Positions 11,291-25,020 of a stretch of DNA of 64,000 bases are shown piece after piece. Each line of letters opens with the position of its first letter. Within the stretch, counting starts at the first letter, position 1. Under the pieces are notes generated by a model, which worked only from the letters and a program-made list of their open reading frames with translations, did no database searches and had not been told where the DNA came from. Both the position numbers and the translations under genes were made by a program. This DNA comes from Octopus sinensis (Eukaryota). Location of the stretch: NCBI RefSeq assembly GCF_006345805.1, contig NC_043007.1, positions 64,108,001 to 64,172,000 of the forward strand. The letters are read 5' to 3'.

Positions 11291-11789
11291 TATATAAACA
11301 GAATTAATTTTCTTCGCAATTGCACTTGCAAGTAATACATGCATACATATTTAGTTTTGTTGTGAAAGACTTCTTGAAACAAATAACAAAGTATGGTGAG
11401 ACAGACAGTCAAACAGACAAACTAGTATGTAGGTAGGTAGGTATGTAGGTAGGTAGGTAGGTAGGTAGGTAGGTAGGTAGAAGTGAGTCAGTATCAACAA
11501 TTAAAGCATTGTGTGGTAACATTTGTAACCTTTGTCAGAGCTTTCTTGTCAAGTTTGCACCTGTAACTGAATTTACTTACAAGTCTGAAAGGCATTAACA
11601 TCAATTTGGAAGAGCATATGATTCAGCTATATCACTGCTGATGAATAATTTTAATAGGAGACCTGATATGGTGATGTTTGCTGTTTGCTGGTCACCTAAA
11701 CTCTCATTTTTTTGTTCTTTTATCTGAGGTTTTAAGCACTAATATATTTAATATACTAGTGAAAATGCTTACAGATGTTGAATAAAATT

Positions 11790-12085
<296 letters not shown>

Positions 12086-12632
12086 TGATCGCTGTCCAGT
12101 GTATATATTGTTGTCCTTTTTTGGCTGACCGCCTTTGAGGTCAGTCGAATCTGTTCTATTCTGTCTTGCCACCCAGTCAGTTAAGATTTTTCCATTTACT
12201 TTTTTCTTGTGCTAGCTTACTACACTGTCTGATAGTTGAAAAACTCTGTTTGCTTTGTTTTATTTTCGTTGTATAGCTAAAAGGCTTTTGTCCATTTTAT
12301 ATGTATATGTATAATTCTATTTCTTATGTTACGTTTGTTCGATAGTTGAAAGACCCTTTCTGTTTGTTATTTCCTTGTGTTTGTATATGTACATTCGTTT
12401 GCCTTGCTCAGGGGCTTAATGCCTTCAGCTTAAGCCCTTTTCCCAACTGGTTTCGAGTAGTATCAGAGAGGATTGGGCAAAACTGCATAAACATTCTAGA
12501 CTCTGACTGAAGAAGCAATTGGCTGCAAATGATCCATGTATCTTGTTTTGTCCTGATTGCTGTTGTTGTGCTATCCTCCTTTCCCTGCTTGTTATGTTTT
12601 AACTATTTTCATTTGTTGTTTTTTTACTTTTG

Positions 12633-12680
<48 letters not shown>

Positions 12681-12682
<2 letters not shown>

Positions 12683-13235
12683 TTATCATCATCTTCCTCA
12701 TCATTATTTAGTGACCGTTACATGTCACCAGCATGGCTGCCTTATAGGTGTCACTGGCACAGGTGCTTTTTATGTGTCACTACACTGTCCATGACTACAA
12801 TTTCACTTGGCTTGACGAGTCTTTTCAAGCACAACAAATCCTCAATCGCTTGTCATTGCCTCCATAGGACTTAACATCTGAAGATCAAGCTTCACCACTT
12901 CATCCAATGTCTTCCTGGGTCTACCTCTTCCACAGGTTCCCTCCATAGTTAGAGATCAACATTTCTTTATGCAGCTGTTTTCATCTATATGCATCACATA
13001 ATCGAACACTTATAAAAGGTTTTCAAAACCTGGTCTGGACCAGTGCAGTCTTCTCTCTTGCACACCACATTTGATACCTCTTATGCCTAATTTTTCTCTC
13101 AAGATGCTTACACTCAGTTATGCATGCACACTGACATTGCACATCCAGCAAAATATACTGGCTTCATTTCTTTCAAGCTTTCACATGTCCTCTGCAGTCA
13201 CAGCCCATGTTTCACTGTTGTGTAGCATGGCTGTT
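12681..13235 (-). mobile_element. Degenerate RTE 3' fragment
   Basis: cttcaccacttcatccaatgtcttcctgggtctacctcttccacaggttccc matches RTE GRGRP region. Confidence 0.8.
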
Positions 13236-13293
13236 TGCACATATATATGCATATATACGTACATATACATATGTGTATATATATATATATATA

Positions 13294-14320
13294 TCATCAT
13301 CATCATCATCATCGTCATTTAACGTCCGCTTTCCATGCTAGCATGGGTTGGACGATTTTGACTGAGGGCTGGCAAACCAGATGGCTGCACCAGGCTCCAA
13401 TCTTGATTTGGCAGAGTTTCTACAGCTGGATGCCCTTCCTAATGCCAACCACTCCGAGAATGTGGTGGGTGCTTTTACGTACCACCGACACGGGGGCCAG
13501 TCAGGCGGTACTGGCAACGACCTCACTCGAATCCTTTTACACATGTCACCGGCACAGGTGCCAGTAAGGTGACGTTGGTAATGATCACGCTTGAATGGTG
13601 CCCTTTTACGTGCCACTGGCATGGAAGCCAGTTGGCAGCTCTGGCAACGATCACACTCAGATGGTGCTCTTGGCACCCTACTAGTACGGGCACAAGTGCC
13701 AGTAAGGCGACGCTGGTAACGATCACGCACGAATGGTGCCCTATAAGTGCCACTGGCATGGAAGCCGGTTAGCTGCTTTGTCAATGATCACACTCGTATG
13801 GTGCTCTTTGCACCCTGCCAGCACAGACGCCAGTCATCGAATTTGATTTTGATTTTGCTTTTGATTGATTTGATTTTACTTGCCTCAACAGGTCTTCGCA
13901 AGCAGAGTTTAGTGTCCAATGAAGAAAAGGTTATGCATAAGTGGGCTGGTTATGCCCCTGGAATAGTCCATGAGATTATGGTTTCATTTGGCTTTCTCAC
14001 ACACGGCATATTTCCAAAGGTCTCGGACACTAGTCATTTCCTTGGTGAGGCCTAAAGTTCGAAGGTCATGCTTCACCACTTCATCCTAGGTTTTCCTGGG
14101 TCTACCTCTTCCACAGGTTCCCTCAACTGCTAGGGTGTGGCACTTTTTCACACAGCTGTCTTCATCCATTCTCACCACATGACCATACCAGCGCAGTCGT
14201 CTCTCTTGCACACCACATCTGATGCTTCTTAGGTCCAACTTTTCTCTCAAGGTACTTACACTCAGTCGAGTATGCACACTGACATTACACATCCATCGGA
14301 TCATACTGGCTTCATTCCTT
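13294..14320 (-). mobile_element. 5'-truncated RTE (RT C-terminus, 3' UTR, (GAT)n tail)
   Basis: RNEASMIRWMCNVSVH...LRWYGHV...GRGRPRKT; 3' UTR homologous to the 4923-5690 copy. Confidence 0.92.
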
Positions 14321-14322
14321 GA

Positions 14323-14402
<80 letters not shown>

Positions 14403-14865
14403 ATGTATATATATTATGTATAAGAAAAGAAAATGGAGAAATTGACATATATATAATACGTAAAGGTAAGATCCAAGGGTCAAGGTGTAGGAAGTTAGTA
14501 ATCTTCAAGCTGTCCATAGAAGGATAAAAGAACATTGGTGGTTTATTGACATAGAAGGATGTAAATTTCTCCAATAACAAAGTTTGATAAGCTGAAAAAA
14601 TTGTTTTATAGCTTATGGTTAGCAGTCGGGGTTGCTGCGTATGGGAATAAAAAGCCCAAAATTAGGGAATGGATTAGATAAAATCCAGGCTACATATGTT
14701 TTATAGCTAGCAGAACCTCAGAAGTAGTAATAGCCCAAATGAGGGGTAATCTACTAGCTACTCATCAGGTTAAAGATACCTTAATCAAATGATGTTTACA
14801 TTGTCATCAAGGGATCCAATGTTGATTTGCAGGAGAGGGTAAGTTGATTACATATATATATATAT

Positions 14866-15045
14866 CATCATCCTTTAACATCCAGTTTTTATGCTGGCAT
14901 GGGTTGGAAGGCTATACTATCTGTTTTGACTTGCTTTCTACAGCTGGAATTCCTTCCTAATGCCCAACCACTTTACAGAGTGTACTGGGTGCTTTTTATG
15001 TAGCACCATCACCATTGCTTTTTACATGGCACCACCACCAGTATG
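14866..15045 (-). mobile_element. RTE 3'-tail fragment
   Basis: catcatc-tttaacatcc...gctggcatgggttgg...ctacagctgga...cttcctaatgcc. Confidence 0.75.
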
Positions 15046-15417
15046 TGTGTGTGTGTGTGTGTATGCATGCTTGAATTGACACTGAGATTCTATGTATATC
15101 ACAAATGGGGAAATCGCTGCTATGTCTGGCCTTAGACATCTGCCATTGACAAGGCCAAGGAAGGCTGAAATCATGTGATCTGACAGTCCTGGCAGCAGCA
15201 GTGGATGACAATCTCCTGCCAGCAATAAAAACATGTGTGCTTTTATGCACCACAAGTGCATATGAAAGATTCTGTCATGATAAATAACACAGTATTCTGT
15301 GTTATGACACATTATCTATTTTTAAGTGAGTATAAATATTACCTTTTGGTATTAATATTGCTTCTGTCATTATTAATTATTTTTTAAGCCCACTGGATAT
15401 ATATATATATATATATA

Positions 15418-15448
<31 letters not shown>

Positions 15449-16017
15449 TATACAGTAACCAATTAATAAGTGTTGTCAGCAGAAGTAAGTATGAAAGTGT
15501 TAACGGAGTAGTAACATAATTTACGTATAGAAAAGTTATATGTGGAAAGTCATTACATTACACTGTTATCAGGTCCAGACTAAGAAAAGATTTACTTTGC
15601 TAGCATCAGTATTTACAAAGAATATTTATATTTATTAGGTTTTTGCACTCTGCACCCTGCAGCTAAAGACTTCAAAAGGTTAACTCATTAAGAACAAGAT
15701 TTCACTGTTAACATAGTTACAAGTATTAACTGTTATATATTGCCAGTAGCTGCCTTCTGATGAAAATGTTGAGTTAAGCATTTTTTCTAATTTGAAAATC
15801 ATTAATTTCAAGATTTTGCTGGAGATATAGAAACATCAAGGAAGTTATTTCACCAAATCTCTCTCTCTCCCCGCCCCCAACTTACCTACTCTCCCCTTCT
15901 CTCACTCCCTTTCTCTCTCTTTCATCCCTATCTCTCAATTTATCTTTCTCCAGCTCTCCTCCAATCTTATAAATGTATGTTCCATTTCATTATCTTCTAT
16001 TTTTCTATCTGATTTAC

Positions 16018-16056
<39 letters not shown>

Positions 16057-16744
16057 TGTGTGTCTGTGTTGTGTGTGTGTGCACGTGCACATGTGGTGGT
16101 GGTGGTGGGGTGTTTGTGTTTGCCACCCACCATCAGTTGACAACCAATGTTGGTAGGTTTACATCCCTGTAACTTAGTGATTCAGCAAAAGAGACCAATA
16201 GGAGAAGTACCATGCTTAAAAATAGGTACTGGTGTAGATTTCTCTAACTAAACCCTTCAAGGGGGTGCCCCCAGTATGGCTGAAGTTCAATGACTGAAAC
16301 AAGTAACAGATATAAGACAAAAAGCATAAACGGAAAGAAAGTAAAAATACTAATGTCTAGTTAGAAGGAAATAAAGATGTGAAAGAAAAGTAACAGTTGA
16401 ATGCTAATAAACTACTTGTAGTGTTAGAAATGTGATGGCAAGCAAACTGCAGACTTGTATTGATGACAACATTTCATGCAAGTGGATTCCATGGTTCTTA
16501 TTTTGTGAACAGTGCATTCATATTTATAGTATGGCTAGAGTTTAGCTTATACTTCTGGCAATATTTAAAGTTCAGAAGACTGTTTCATTGAAATGTCATA
16601 ACTACAGTAAGTTGAGTGGATCTTGAGTTTTCAAAGAACACCTAGTGTTTCATGACTTCAGATGTATGACTTATTACATAGCTCTCTTTAGAGATTTGTA
16701 GTGCACTGATCGTCAAGGGTACCTTTTTCAGTAGCTTATTCTTC

Positions 16745-17005
16745 ATGAATAGATGTGCAAACACACACACACACAACCACACACACACACACACACACAC
16801 ACACAACCACACACACACACACATACACACACACACAACCAAACACACACACACACACACACACAAAACACACACACACAAACACACACACGTACATCCA
16901 CACATGGACACATGTACACATGTACACATAATGTACACACTCACATATATCTACACACATGCACACACACACGCACACACAGACACACACATATACACAC
17001 ACATA
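16745..17005. repeat. Interrupted (AC)n microsatellite
   Basis: Direct reading. Confidence 0.95.
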
Positions 17006-17992
17006 ATATCAAGAAATAAAAATGGATTAATGCTAGTGGTGTTGATTTATAAGTTATAAAGTTATAAGCAATGGCATGTTTACTGATGAAAGGACCCAAT
17101 ATTTGGGTTTTTCAATAAATGTTTAACCCTTTAGCATTTAAACTGGTTATATGCAGCCCAAATATTCTACCTGTTTTATGTTCAAACTACCTGGATCTGG
17201 CTTCTCTACAACATCATTCTAAAACTAAACAATCACATCATCAAAATCTTGAAGTTACAAGATAATGCATGATAAATTCAAAACAATGTGAATGAATAAT
17301 CATTACATTTGATAGAGTAATTTAAATGTGAAAGGGTTAAGCAGAAAAAAGAGGAGGAAGACAAGGCAAGTACAAACAAATAGGCAAGAAAGAACAGCAC
17401 AGTAAAATAAGATACGAGCAAAATATGATATACACAAAATAAACAAATACACTCTTCATCAGATGCTAACTAAACATTCTCAGGGGTTTTGAATAACTTC
17501 TTACTGGATCACAATTTGTAATGATAGCTATGGTTTTAAGCTATCAAACCATGAGGATAAATATTACAGAACAAGAGAGGTAAACAATATGGAGATAGAG
17601 CACAAAAAATGCCAAATGGACTTTCGACTGAAAAATGACAAGAAAGGAAATATAAAGAGTTTTGACTTAGAAGTCAAGAGAGTGGAAACGTTAAAGCCAA
17701 GAGGAAATGCAGTAAAGCAATTTGGCCAAGAGAGCAGATATTACGATAAAAGGAAGACCCATCTGACAAATATGATGGTTGAAGAGAGAAAAGCGGGAAA
17801 GAGAAAACAGGAAGTGGACATAGAGAGCAGTAAACTGCCCTACTGGAAATGCAACAGCAGTAAGCAGAATTGAAGGGATGAGAGAGAAAAAGAGAGGAAG
17901 AGAAAGAGAGAGAAGAGAGAAAGACATAAATGTATGTGTGTATGTGTGTGTGTATGTATATCTATATATGTATATATATATATATATATAAT

Positions 17993-18042
<50 letters not shown>

Positions 18043-18145
18043 TACACACGCATGCATACACACACACGCATGCATGCATGCACACACACATACATAAATA
18101 ATTCAAAAAGTGGAATAAATTTTATTCCTTGAGGGAGAAGAGAAG

Positions 18146-18178
18146 TCTAATGTTTCAGGCAGAACCCTTCATCAGAAG
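18146..18178 (-). ncRNA. Very short hammerhead-like motif (33 nt)
   Basis: ctt-CTGATGA-AGG-gttctg-CCT-GAAA-CATT-aga; CATT probably decayed from palindromic CGTT. Confidence 0.55.
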
Positions 18179-18393
18179 GGAAAGAAATGTCAACTGGTAT
18201 TGAAGGATAAATAAATTACAATTATTCAGAGACAGAGAAAAAGGGGGAGTTGATGGGGAGGAGAGAGAGAGAGAGATAACAAGTATTTGTCAGAATGAGG
18301 AGAAAATAAAAGAAAACAAAAAGGTTTTAAAACATTGAGGAGAAGGGCAGAAAGTAATGACAGGAGAAATGTTATACACGCATACACTCATAC

Positions 18394-18625
18394 CTATTTC
18401 TTTACTACCCACAAGGGGCTAAACACAGAGAGGACAAACAAGGACAGACAAACGGATTAAGTCGATTATATCGACCCCAGTGCGTAACTGGTACTTATTT
18501 AATCGACCCCGAAAGGATGAAAGGCAAAGTCGACCTCGGCGGAATTTGAACTCAGAACGTAGCGGCAGACGAAATACCGCTAAGCATTTCACTCGGCGTG
18601 CTAACGATTCTGCCAGCTCGCCGCC
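18394..18625 (-). mobile_element. Young full-length SINE family A
   Basis: CpG-intact ggcggcgagctggcagaatcgttagcacgccgag...ctgagttcaaattccgccgaggtcgac. Confidence 0.92.
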
Positions 18626-18857
18626 CAATGAGCATACACTCATACCACCTATTCACATATGTTGAGACATACATAAGCATATTCACATAAGCATACACAC
18701 ATACACACAAAGAGAGAGAGCTACACTGTTTCCACATATGCATATATAAATGCATATGTAAGTACAAGTGGACAAATGGATACATATATACAGAGAGAGA
18801 GAAATCAAAATTAAAAACAAAAATAGGAACACAAGTCAAAAGGATGTACACAATGAA

Positions 18858-19150
18858 TCATCATTTAACATCCGTTTTCCATGCTGGCATGGGTTCAACG
18901 GTTTGACTGAGGTCTGGAGAGCCAGTGGTTGCACCAGGTTCCAATCTGATCTGGCAATATTTCTACAGCTGGATGCCCTTCCTAATGCCAACCACTCTGA
19001 AAGTGTAGTGGGTGCTTTTTACATGCCACCGGCACAGGAAGGCTTGGCATTGATCACATTTGGATAGTGCATTTTATGTGTCACCGGCACAGGAACCAGT
19101 TAGTGAGTACTGGCTTCAGTCACATTCGGATGGTGCTTTTTACATGCTAC
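18858..19150 (-). mobile_element. RTE 3'-tail fragment with repeat units
   Basis: Same tail as 4923 copy; gtgccaccggcacagg units. Confidence 0.8.
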
Positions 19151-19597
19151 CGGCACAAGGCAAAGGAAGTGTGATGTTTCTAGCATGGCTCTTCGTCAGA
19201 AAGAGGAAAAAGTCCAGAGTGAAGAAAAGCACATATGCAATCACATGGTTGATATATATATATGTACGTGTATATGTACATATATATGTGTGTGTATGTG
19301 TGTATGTTCATGTGTGGGTGCTACTATCTCCTTGCTTTAACTGTATGACAGTTATAAACAAGTGCCACCATCATGCTAGCAGTATCCTGCATTTCTAATA
19401 TTCCATGAATACATGACTGGTTGTGGGGAAATATTACCTTGCTTGTGTGTGTGTGCGTGCATTCGTCCGCACACACAAGTCACTTTCACGTGGTGTTTAG
19501 CACAGCTACATAGTAAACAGCAGACATGGTGCTCAAATCCAATCCAGCAAGCAATTTTATAACTTTTTTCTGTTTCATATATATATATGTATATATA

Positions 19598-19866
19598 CTG
19601 TTGTGTCTGGGGAGAGTCATTTTCTTTTTGTGCCTTATAATGTAACACACTCACCAGTAAAATTTCCACTTGTTTCTTATTTTTATTTTCCTAAAATTTT
19701 CGTTGCATCTTGCAACCTTTTCAATAGTCTTGACTCTCTTGAAAAGGTTACAAGACGCAACGAAAATTTTAAGAAAATAAAAATAAAGAAATAAGTGGAA
19801 ATTTTACTGTTGAGCCTGTTACATTATAAGGCACAAAAAGAAAATGACTCTCCCTAAACACAACAG
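19598..19866. mobile_element. Fold-back MITE (~270 bp, whole element palindromic)
   Basis: ctgttgtgtctggggagagtcattttctttttgtgccttataatgtaac mirrored by gttacattataaggcacaaaaagaaaatgactctccctaaacacaacag; second partial copy at 30470. Confidence 0.85.
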
Positions 19867-20657
19867 AATATGCTTCAACACACAAACTCATATAAAGAGT
19901 CTTGCAAACCAAATCCAAAAACGAATATATATATATATATAATGAAAGAAAAAGAATATAAAGGACCTGATACTCCTTTATTTGATCTGTTTCATATATT
20001 TCAATATTCAGAAACACATGATGATACACAATAGATGCAATCCATATCTGTACCTCATAAGGGCAGCAAGCATAAGCAAATAAATACATCCTCAGACAGT
20101 GAAGCAGAAAATACAACTTCAAACATTTCACTAACTAAATTTAAATATCCGAGAGGTACAAGGCTAGAAGGGGAGGACAAGCAGGAAGAGGAAGGTTAGG
20201 ATCTTGCCCCCACAACCGCAAAGATGGATTATGATGTTGGTAAGAATTGGGATGAGTCACTGTATATATGTAGGTGTGTGGCCAGATGCATCTATCATTA
20301 GACATCACAATATTTGTTTATTACACCCAAATAGCCATGCTGGCCAACCAAAGTGTTTTCTGCACAGTTGCCCCTCCTCCTCTCATAAGGCTATGTACTT
20401 GCAACCTAGTTCTCTGGTCAGTACATATATGGCAAAGAGGCGATGAGGACATTAGCAGCTTTTTTTTTACATGGATAGATGTGAAGAAAATGTATTACTA
20501 AGGTTATAGGTGTATTATGATAATGTGAGACATTTGCTAATATCTGGGAATGAGGAAGAGCCAAGAGTAAAGATTAATTTTTCTCTTGATATTTAGAGCG
20601 AGAAGTTTGGAAGTGATGTAATATAGTTCGAAATTATACACACACACACACACACAC

Positions 20658-20702
<45 letters not shown>

Positions 20703-20795
20703 TATATACATGGTCTGATCAATAAGTATCCAGACTGTTGCCTTGGTAATGAAGCTAAAGCACACAGAGTGAAGCTGCTTGGTACAGATTGACCT

Positions 20796-20843
<48 letters not shown>

Positions 20844-20869
20844 TATATATATATATATATATGGGAAAA

Positions 20870-21080
20870 TTCACAAAAAAACAAAAGACGAAGACAGGTG
20901 GTGTAGACAACAAACAGATGTATTAGTTTAACATTTGGGAAGTGAAAAAATCTTTAACGTTTTGAGCCTACGCTCTTCCACAGAAAGGAACACAGAAAGA
21001 AACAAGGAGAGAAAATAAGGAATGTGTAGTGGCTAGCGATCAATCATAGCGAATGCTGGACAGAAGGACAGAGAGCTAGT
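20870..21080 (-). mobile_element. Penelope-like terminal repeat remnant with decayed hammerhead (20953-20986)
   Basis: ttt-CTGTGGA-A-GAGC-gtag-GCTC-AAAA-CGTT-aaa. Confidence 0.55.
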
Positions 21081-21187
21081 GAGTGGACAAACTAAAGAAG
21101 GGCATTCAACAAATTTATTGGGAGTTACATGTATGGATCCATACATACATATATACACACACACACACACACATACATATACATTCA

Positions 21188-21222
<35 letters not shown>

Positions 21223-21249
21223 TTATATACATATATATATATATATACA

Positions 21250-21308
<59 letters not shown>

Positions 21309-21464
21309 GAGAGAGGTTATAAGAAGTAATGGTGTCAATAAGACCTAAAGGTGTTAGGTAATGCTGAGTAAGTGCTATGGATAGATCATAGTTAAGCTCC
21401 AGGTTCTGTGATTATGTGAATAAGGAGTCCAACGTAGGTCGTATATTAGCATGTGCATGTATAA

Positions 21465-21737
21465 AAATTTTTTTTCAGAATGAGATAAAAAAACCAAGGC
21501 TGTGAAGATTTAGAACATTTATAAATAGAAGGTCTTACAGCTGTTTCCAGGATATTTATTATATCCCTTCATTGGAGACGGTGTGAGAAAATGGTTAACA
21601 ATTGCTTAACCATTTTCTCACACCGTCTCCGATGAAGGGATATAATAAATATCCTAGAAACAGCTGTAAGACCTTCTATTTATAAATGTTCTAAATCTTT
21701 ACAACCTTGGCTTTTTATCTCATTCTGAAAAAAATTT
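21465..21737. repeat. 273-bp near-perfect palindrome with two divergent hammerhead-like motifs (21532-21579 -, 21625-21672 +)
   Basis: Arms differ at few positions; loop caattgc at 21599-21605; gtct-CCGATGA-a-gggatat-aataa-atatcct-a-GAAA-C-AGCT-G-TA-agac. Confidence 0.9.
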
Positions 21738-21947
21738 ATTTATATATAGATAGATTGATAGATAGATAGATAGATAGATGGAAAGATGGGTGAATGGATG
21801 GATGGACAGACAGACAGACAGAAATTTATATTTATGCATGTCCTTGCATTTTACATATATGTGTACATATGCATATATAATAATGATAGGGACATATGAG
21901 TGCGTGGCTTTATGTTTCATATATATATATATATATATATAAATATA

Positions 21948-23172
21948 TCATCATCATCATCATCATTATTTAATGTCCACTTTCCATGCTGGCATGGGTC
22001 AAACAGTTTGACTCGAATTGATAAGCTGGAGGGCTGCACCAGGTTCCAGTCGGATTTGGCATGGTTTCTACAGCTGGACTCCCTTCCTAATGCCAACCAC
22101 TCTGAGAGTATAATGAGTACTTCTTACATGCCACTGGCATGGGTACCATTTACATGACACCAGCAATGGCCACAACTACAATTCTATGGATGCCATTTAC
22201 ATAACACTGGTAGGAGCCACAATTGGCTTGATAAGTCTTCTCAAGCACAGCATATTTGGAAAGGTCTTGGTCACTTGTCATCACTTTCATGAGGCCTGAC
22301 ATTCGAAGATTACACTACCGGTAATGGCCACAATTATGATTTTATGGGTGCCATTCACATGACACTGGCAATGACCAGGATTACGATTTCACTTGGCTTG
22401 ACAGGTCTTCTCAAGCACAGCATATTGCCAAAGGTCTCGGTCAGTTGTCATCACCTCTGTTAGGCACACCATTCAAAGATCATCCCCCACCAACTTGTCT
22501 CATGTCTTCCTGGGTCTACCTCTTCCACAGTTTCCCTCCGCTGTTAGGGATCAGCACTTCTTTACACAGCTGTCCTCATCCATATACATCACATGACCAT
22601 ACCAATGCAGTCATTTCCCTTGGACACCACATTTGATGCCTTTTATACTCAGTTTTCCTCTCAAGACATTTATGCTCCACTGTACATGCACACAGACATT
22701 GCACATCCAGCAAAGCATACTGGCCAAATTTCTTTCAAGTCTTTGCATGTCCTCTGCAGTCACAGCCCATTTTCCACTGCCATGGAACACAACTATTCAT
22801 ACATAGGCACCATACAGACTGCCTTTTATTCTGAATGAGAGGCCCTTTGTCACCAACAGAGGCAGAAGCTCTCTGAACTTTGCCCAGCCTATTCTTATTC
22901 TAGCAGCTATGCTCTCGGAGCATCCTCCTCCACTACTGACTTGGTCACCTAGATAACGGAAACTATCAATTAATTCTAGTTTCCCCACCTGGCATTTGAT
23001 GGAGTCTGTTTTCTGTACATATTTAGTGTTTATTATACCTGTACATCTGCCACACACAAAGACTATTTTCCCTCTTAACCTTCCTCTAATATTGCTGCAC
23101 CTCTTACACCAGGTACATCTAATGGAGTTTCTGCCTATGCCTTTACTACAGATTAAGCTGGGCAATCTACCT
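21948..23172 (-). mobile_element. Older RTE 3' part with internal ~160-bp tandem duplication in the UTR
   Basis: GRNSIRCT...KLELIDSFRYLGDQVSSGGG...ARIRIGWAKFRELLPLL; duplicated gtcttctcaagcacagcatatt block. Confidence 0.88.
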
Positions 23173-23443
23173 GAATATATATATATATATACATATGCAT
23201 AGAAATGCCATATCTGATTATTTCAAAAAGGAAGCTGTCCCCTCCTCCTCAAGGCATTCTGCTTCCCTACCCTACTTGCACAGCACACTTTAATACTATG
23301 TAACCTTGAAGTAGCCATGATAATTAAATTCACGTATTGGCATATTCCGAGTGTGCATGTAGGTGTTCTTCTTGGTCTCTGTCTGTCTGACTGTGTGTGT
23401 GTGTGTGTGTGTGTGCATGTGCGAGTGCGTGTGTGTGTGTGTG

Positions 23444-23481
<38 letters not shown>

Positions 23482-23920
23482 CATGCGTGTGTGTGTCTGT
23501 GTCTGTGTCTGTGAATGTATTTGTGTCTGTACAGCATTTCCCTGTCATTAATTCCTCCTCTTCCTCTCAACATTTTTCAAATCTGCTGGCATTCCTTTTT
23601 ATTTTTTCCTCTCTCTCTTTGACCCATTGCCATCTCCCTTCATTAACACTTGTTACCTCTTCCTCCTTCCCCTCTTTCTCTCTCACTAATCCCAGTTTGT
23701 ATTTCCTTCAACACTATTTAATATCTCTTTTTTCTCTGATGTAAGGATCTGCTCAAAACATAAAACTTTCTTTCTTCCTCAGATATAACACTTCTTCCTC
23801 TATTTTAGTTATTTGTATTAATCTTCATTTTTGCTAACACAAAATATCATTAGATTACTTGGATTCTACTGCTTTGTGCTCTCTCTCCCTCCTTCCCTTC
23901 TCACTCTCTCTCTCTCTCTC

Positions 23921-23973
<53 letters not shown>

Positions 23974-23996
23974 ATACATATATATATATATATATT

Positions 23997-24185
23997 TCTT
24001 TACTGCCCACAAGGGGCTAAACATAGAGGGGACAAACAAGGACAGACAAAGGGATTAAGTCGATTACATCGACCCCAGTGCATAACTGGTACTTTATTTA
24101 TCGACCCCGAATGGATGAAAGGCAAAGTCAACCTTGGCAGAATTTGAATTCAGAACCTAACGGCAGACGAAATACCGCTAAGCAT
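23997..24185 (-). mobile_element. 5'-truncated SINE family A
   Basis: Matches 18394-18590. Confidence 0.85.
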
Positions 24186-24280
24186 ATGTATATATATATG
24201 TATATATAATATATGTATGTATATCGTCAGTTGTTCATATATCTGAAAAAGAAGCACACTCTAAAGCATTAGAGCAGTGA

Positions 24281-24400
24281 TGTATTTTTTACTAAGTTAA
24301 AAGTTACAGCCAGTCAAAGAGTGACTATTGGTTTCACGCCTGCAAAACCAATAGTCATTCTTTGACCAGCCATAACTTTTAACTTCCTAAAATAATATAC
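24281..24400. repeat. ~120-bp hairpin palindrome
   Basis: aaaagttacagccagtcaaagagtgactattggttt / aaaccaatagtcattctttgaccagccataactttt. Confidence 0.8.
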
Positions 24401-24814
24401 ATATCAGTGGCGATTCCAGCACTCAAGCTGTTCGGGCTTAGCCCAAGTATAAATTTAGTAAAGTAAACATGTATTTGCCAGCGGATTTAATTTCTACCAA
24501 TACTGACTTCAAGTATGTAACTGCAGCCAATAACTCTGGCTCCTTTTATTGAGCCTGGTCACAGTTCATTTATTTTCGTTCAGCGTCTGGCGGTATCTTA
24601 GAAGTGCCCTGTGTCAAAAAATCTCATTCGTAGCAGAGATTCTCTCGACATCGTTCACACATGCCCTAATTCAGTCTCAGAAGTTACAGCCTGAGTTAAT
24701 ATCTATAATTGCAAAAATTAAAAGTAATTCAAATTCAGTGTTTTCTTGAAACAATAAATTTCTATAGAGATTAGTATTTAAATTCCAATAGTTTCCATTC
24801 TACAATATCCTTTT

Positions 24815-25020
24815 CTACTCTAGGCACAAAGCCCAGAATTTTGGGCAAGGGGGTCAGTCGATTAGATCAACCCCAATATGCAACTGGTACTTAATTTATC
24901 GACCCTGAAAGGATGAAAGGCAAAGTCGACCTTCATGGAGTTTGAACTCAGAACATCAAGACAAACAAAACACCACTAAGCATTTCGCCCAGCATGCTAA
25001 CGTTTCTACAAGCTCACCGC
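24815..25020 (-). mobile_element. SINE family A
   Basis: Near-complete reverse match. Confidence 0.85.

Noticed and set aside
12500-12545. Hammerhead-like CTGAAGA-AGC-aattg-GCT-gcaaa
   Set aside because: GAAA and helices I/III too degenerate to support
18394-18625. tRNA gene
   Set aside because: Only A/B-box-like SINE head; no complete cloverleaf; continues into the SINE body
20036-20200. Short acidic ORF (QSISVPHK...EGEDKQEEEG*)
   Set aside because: Weak splice signals, no recognisable family; likely decayed repeat
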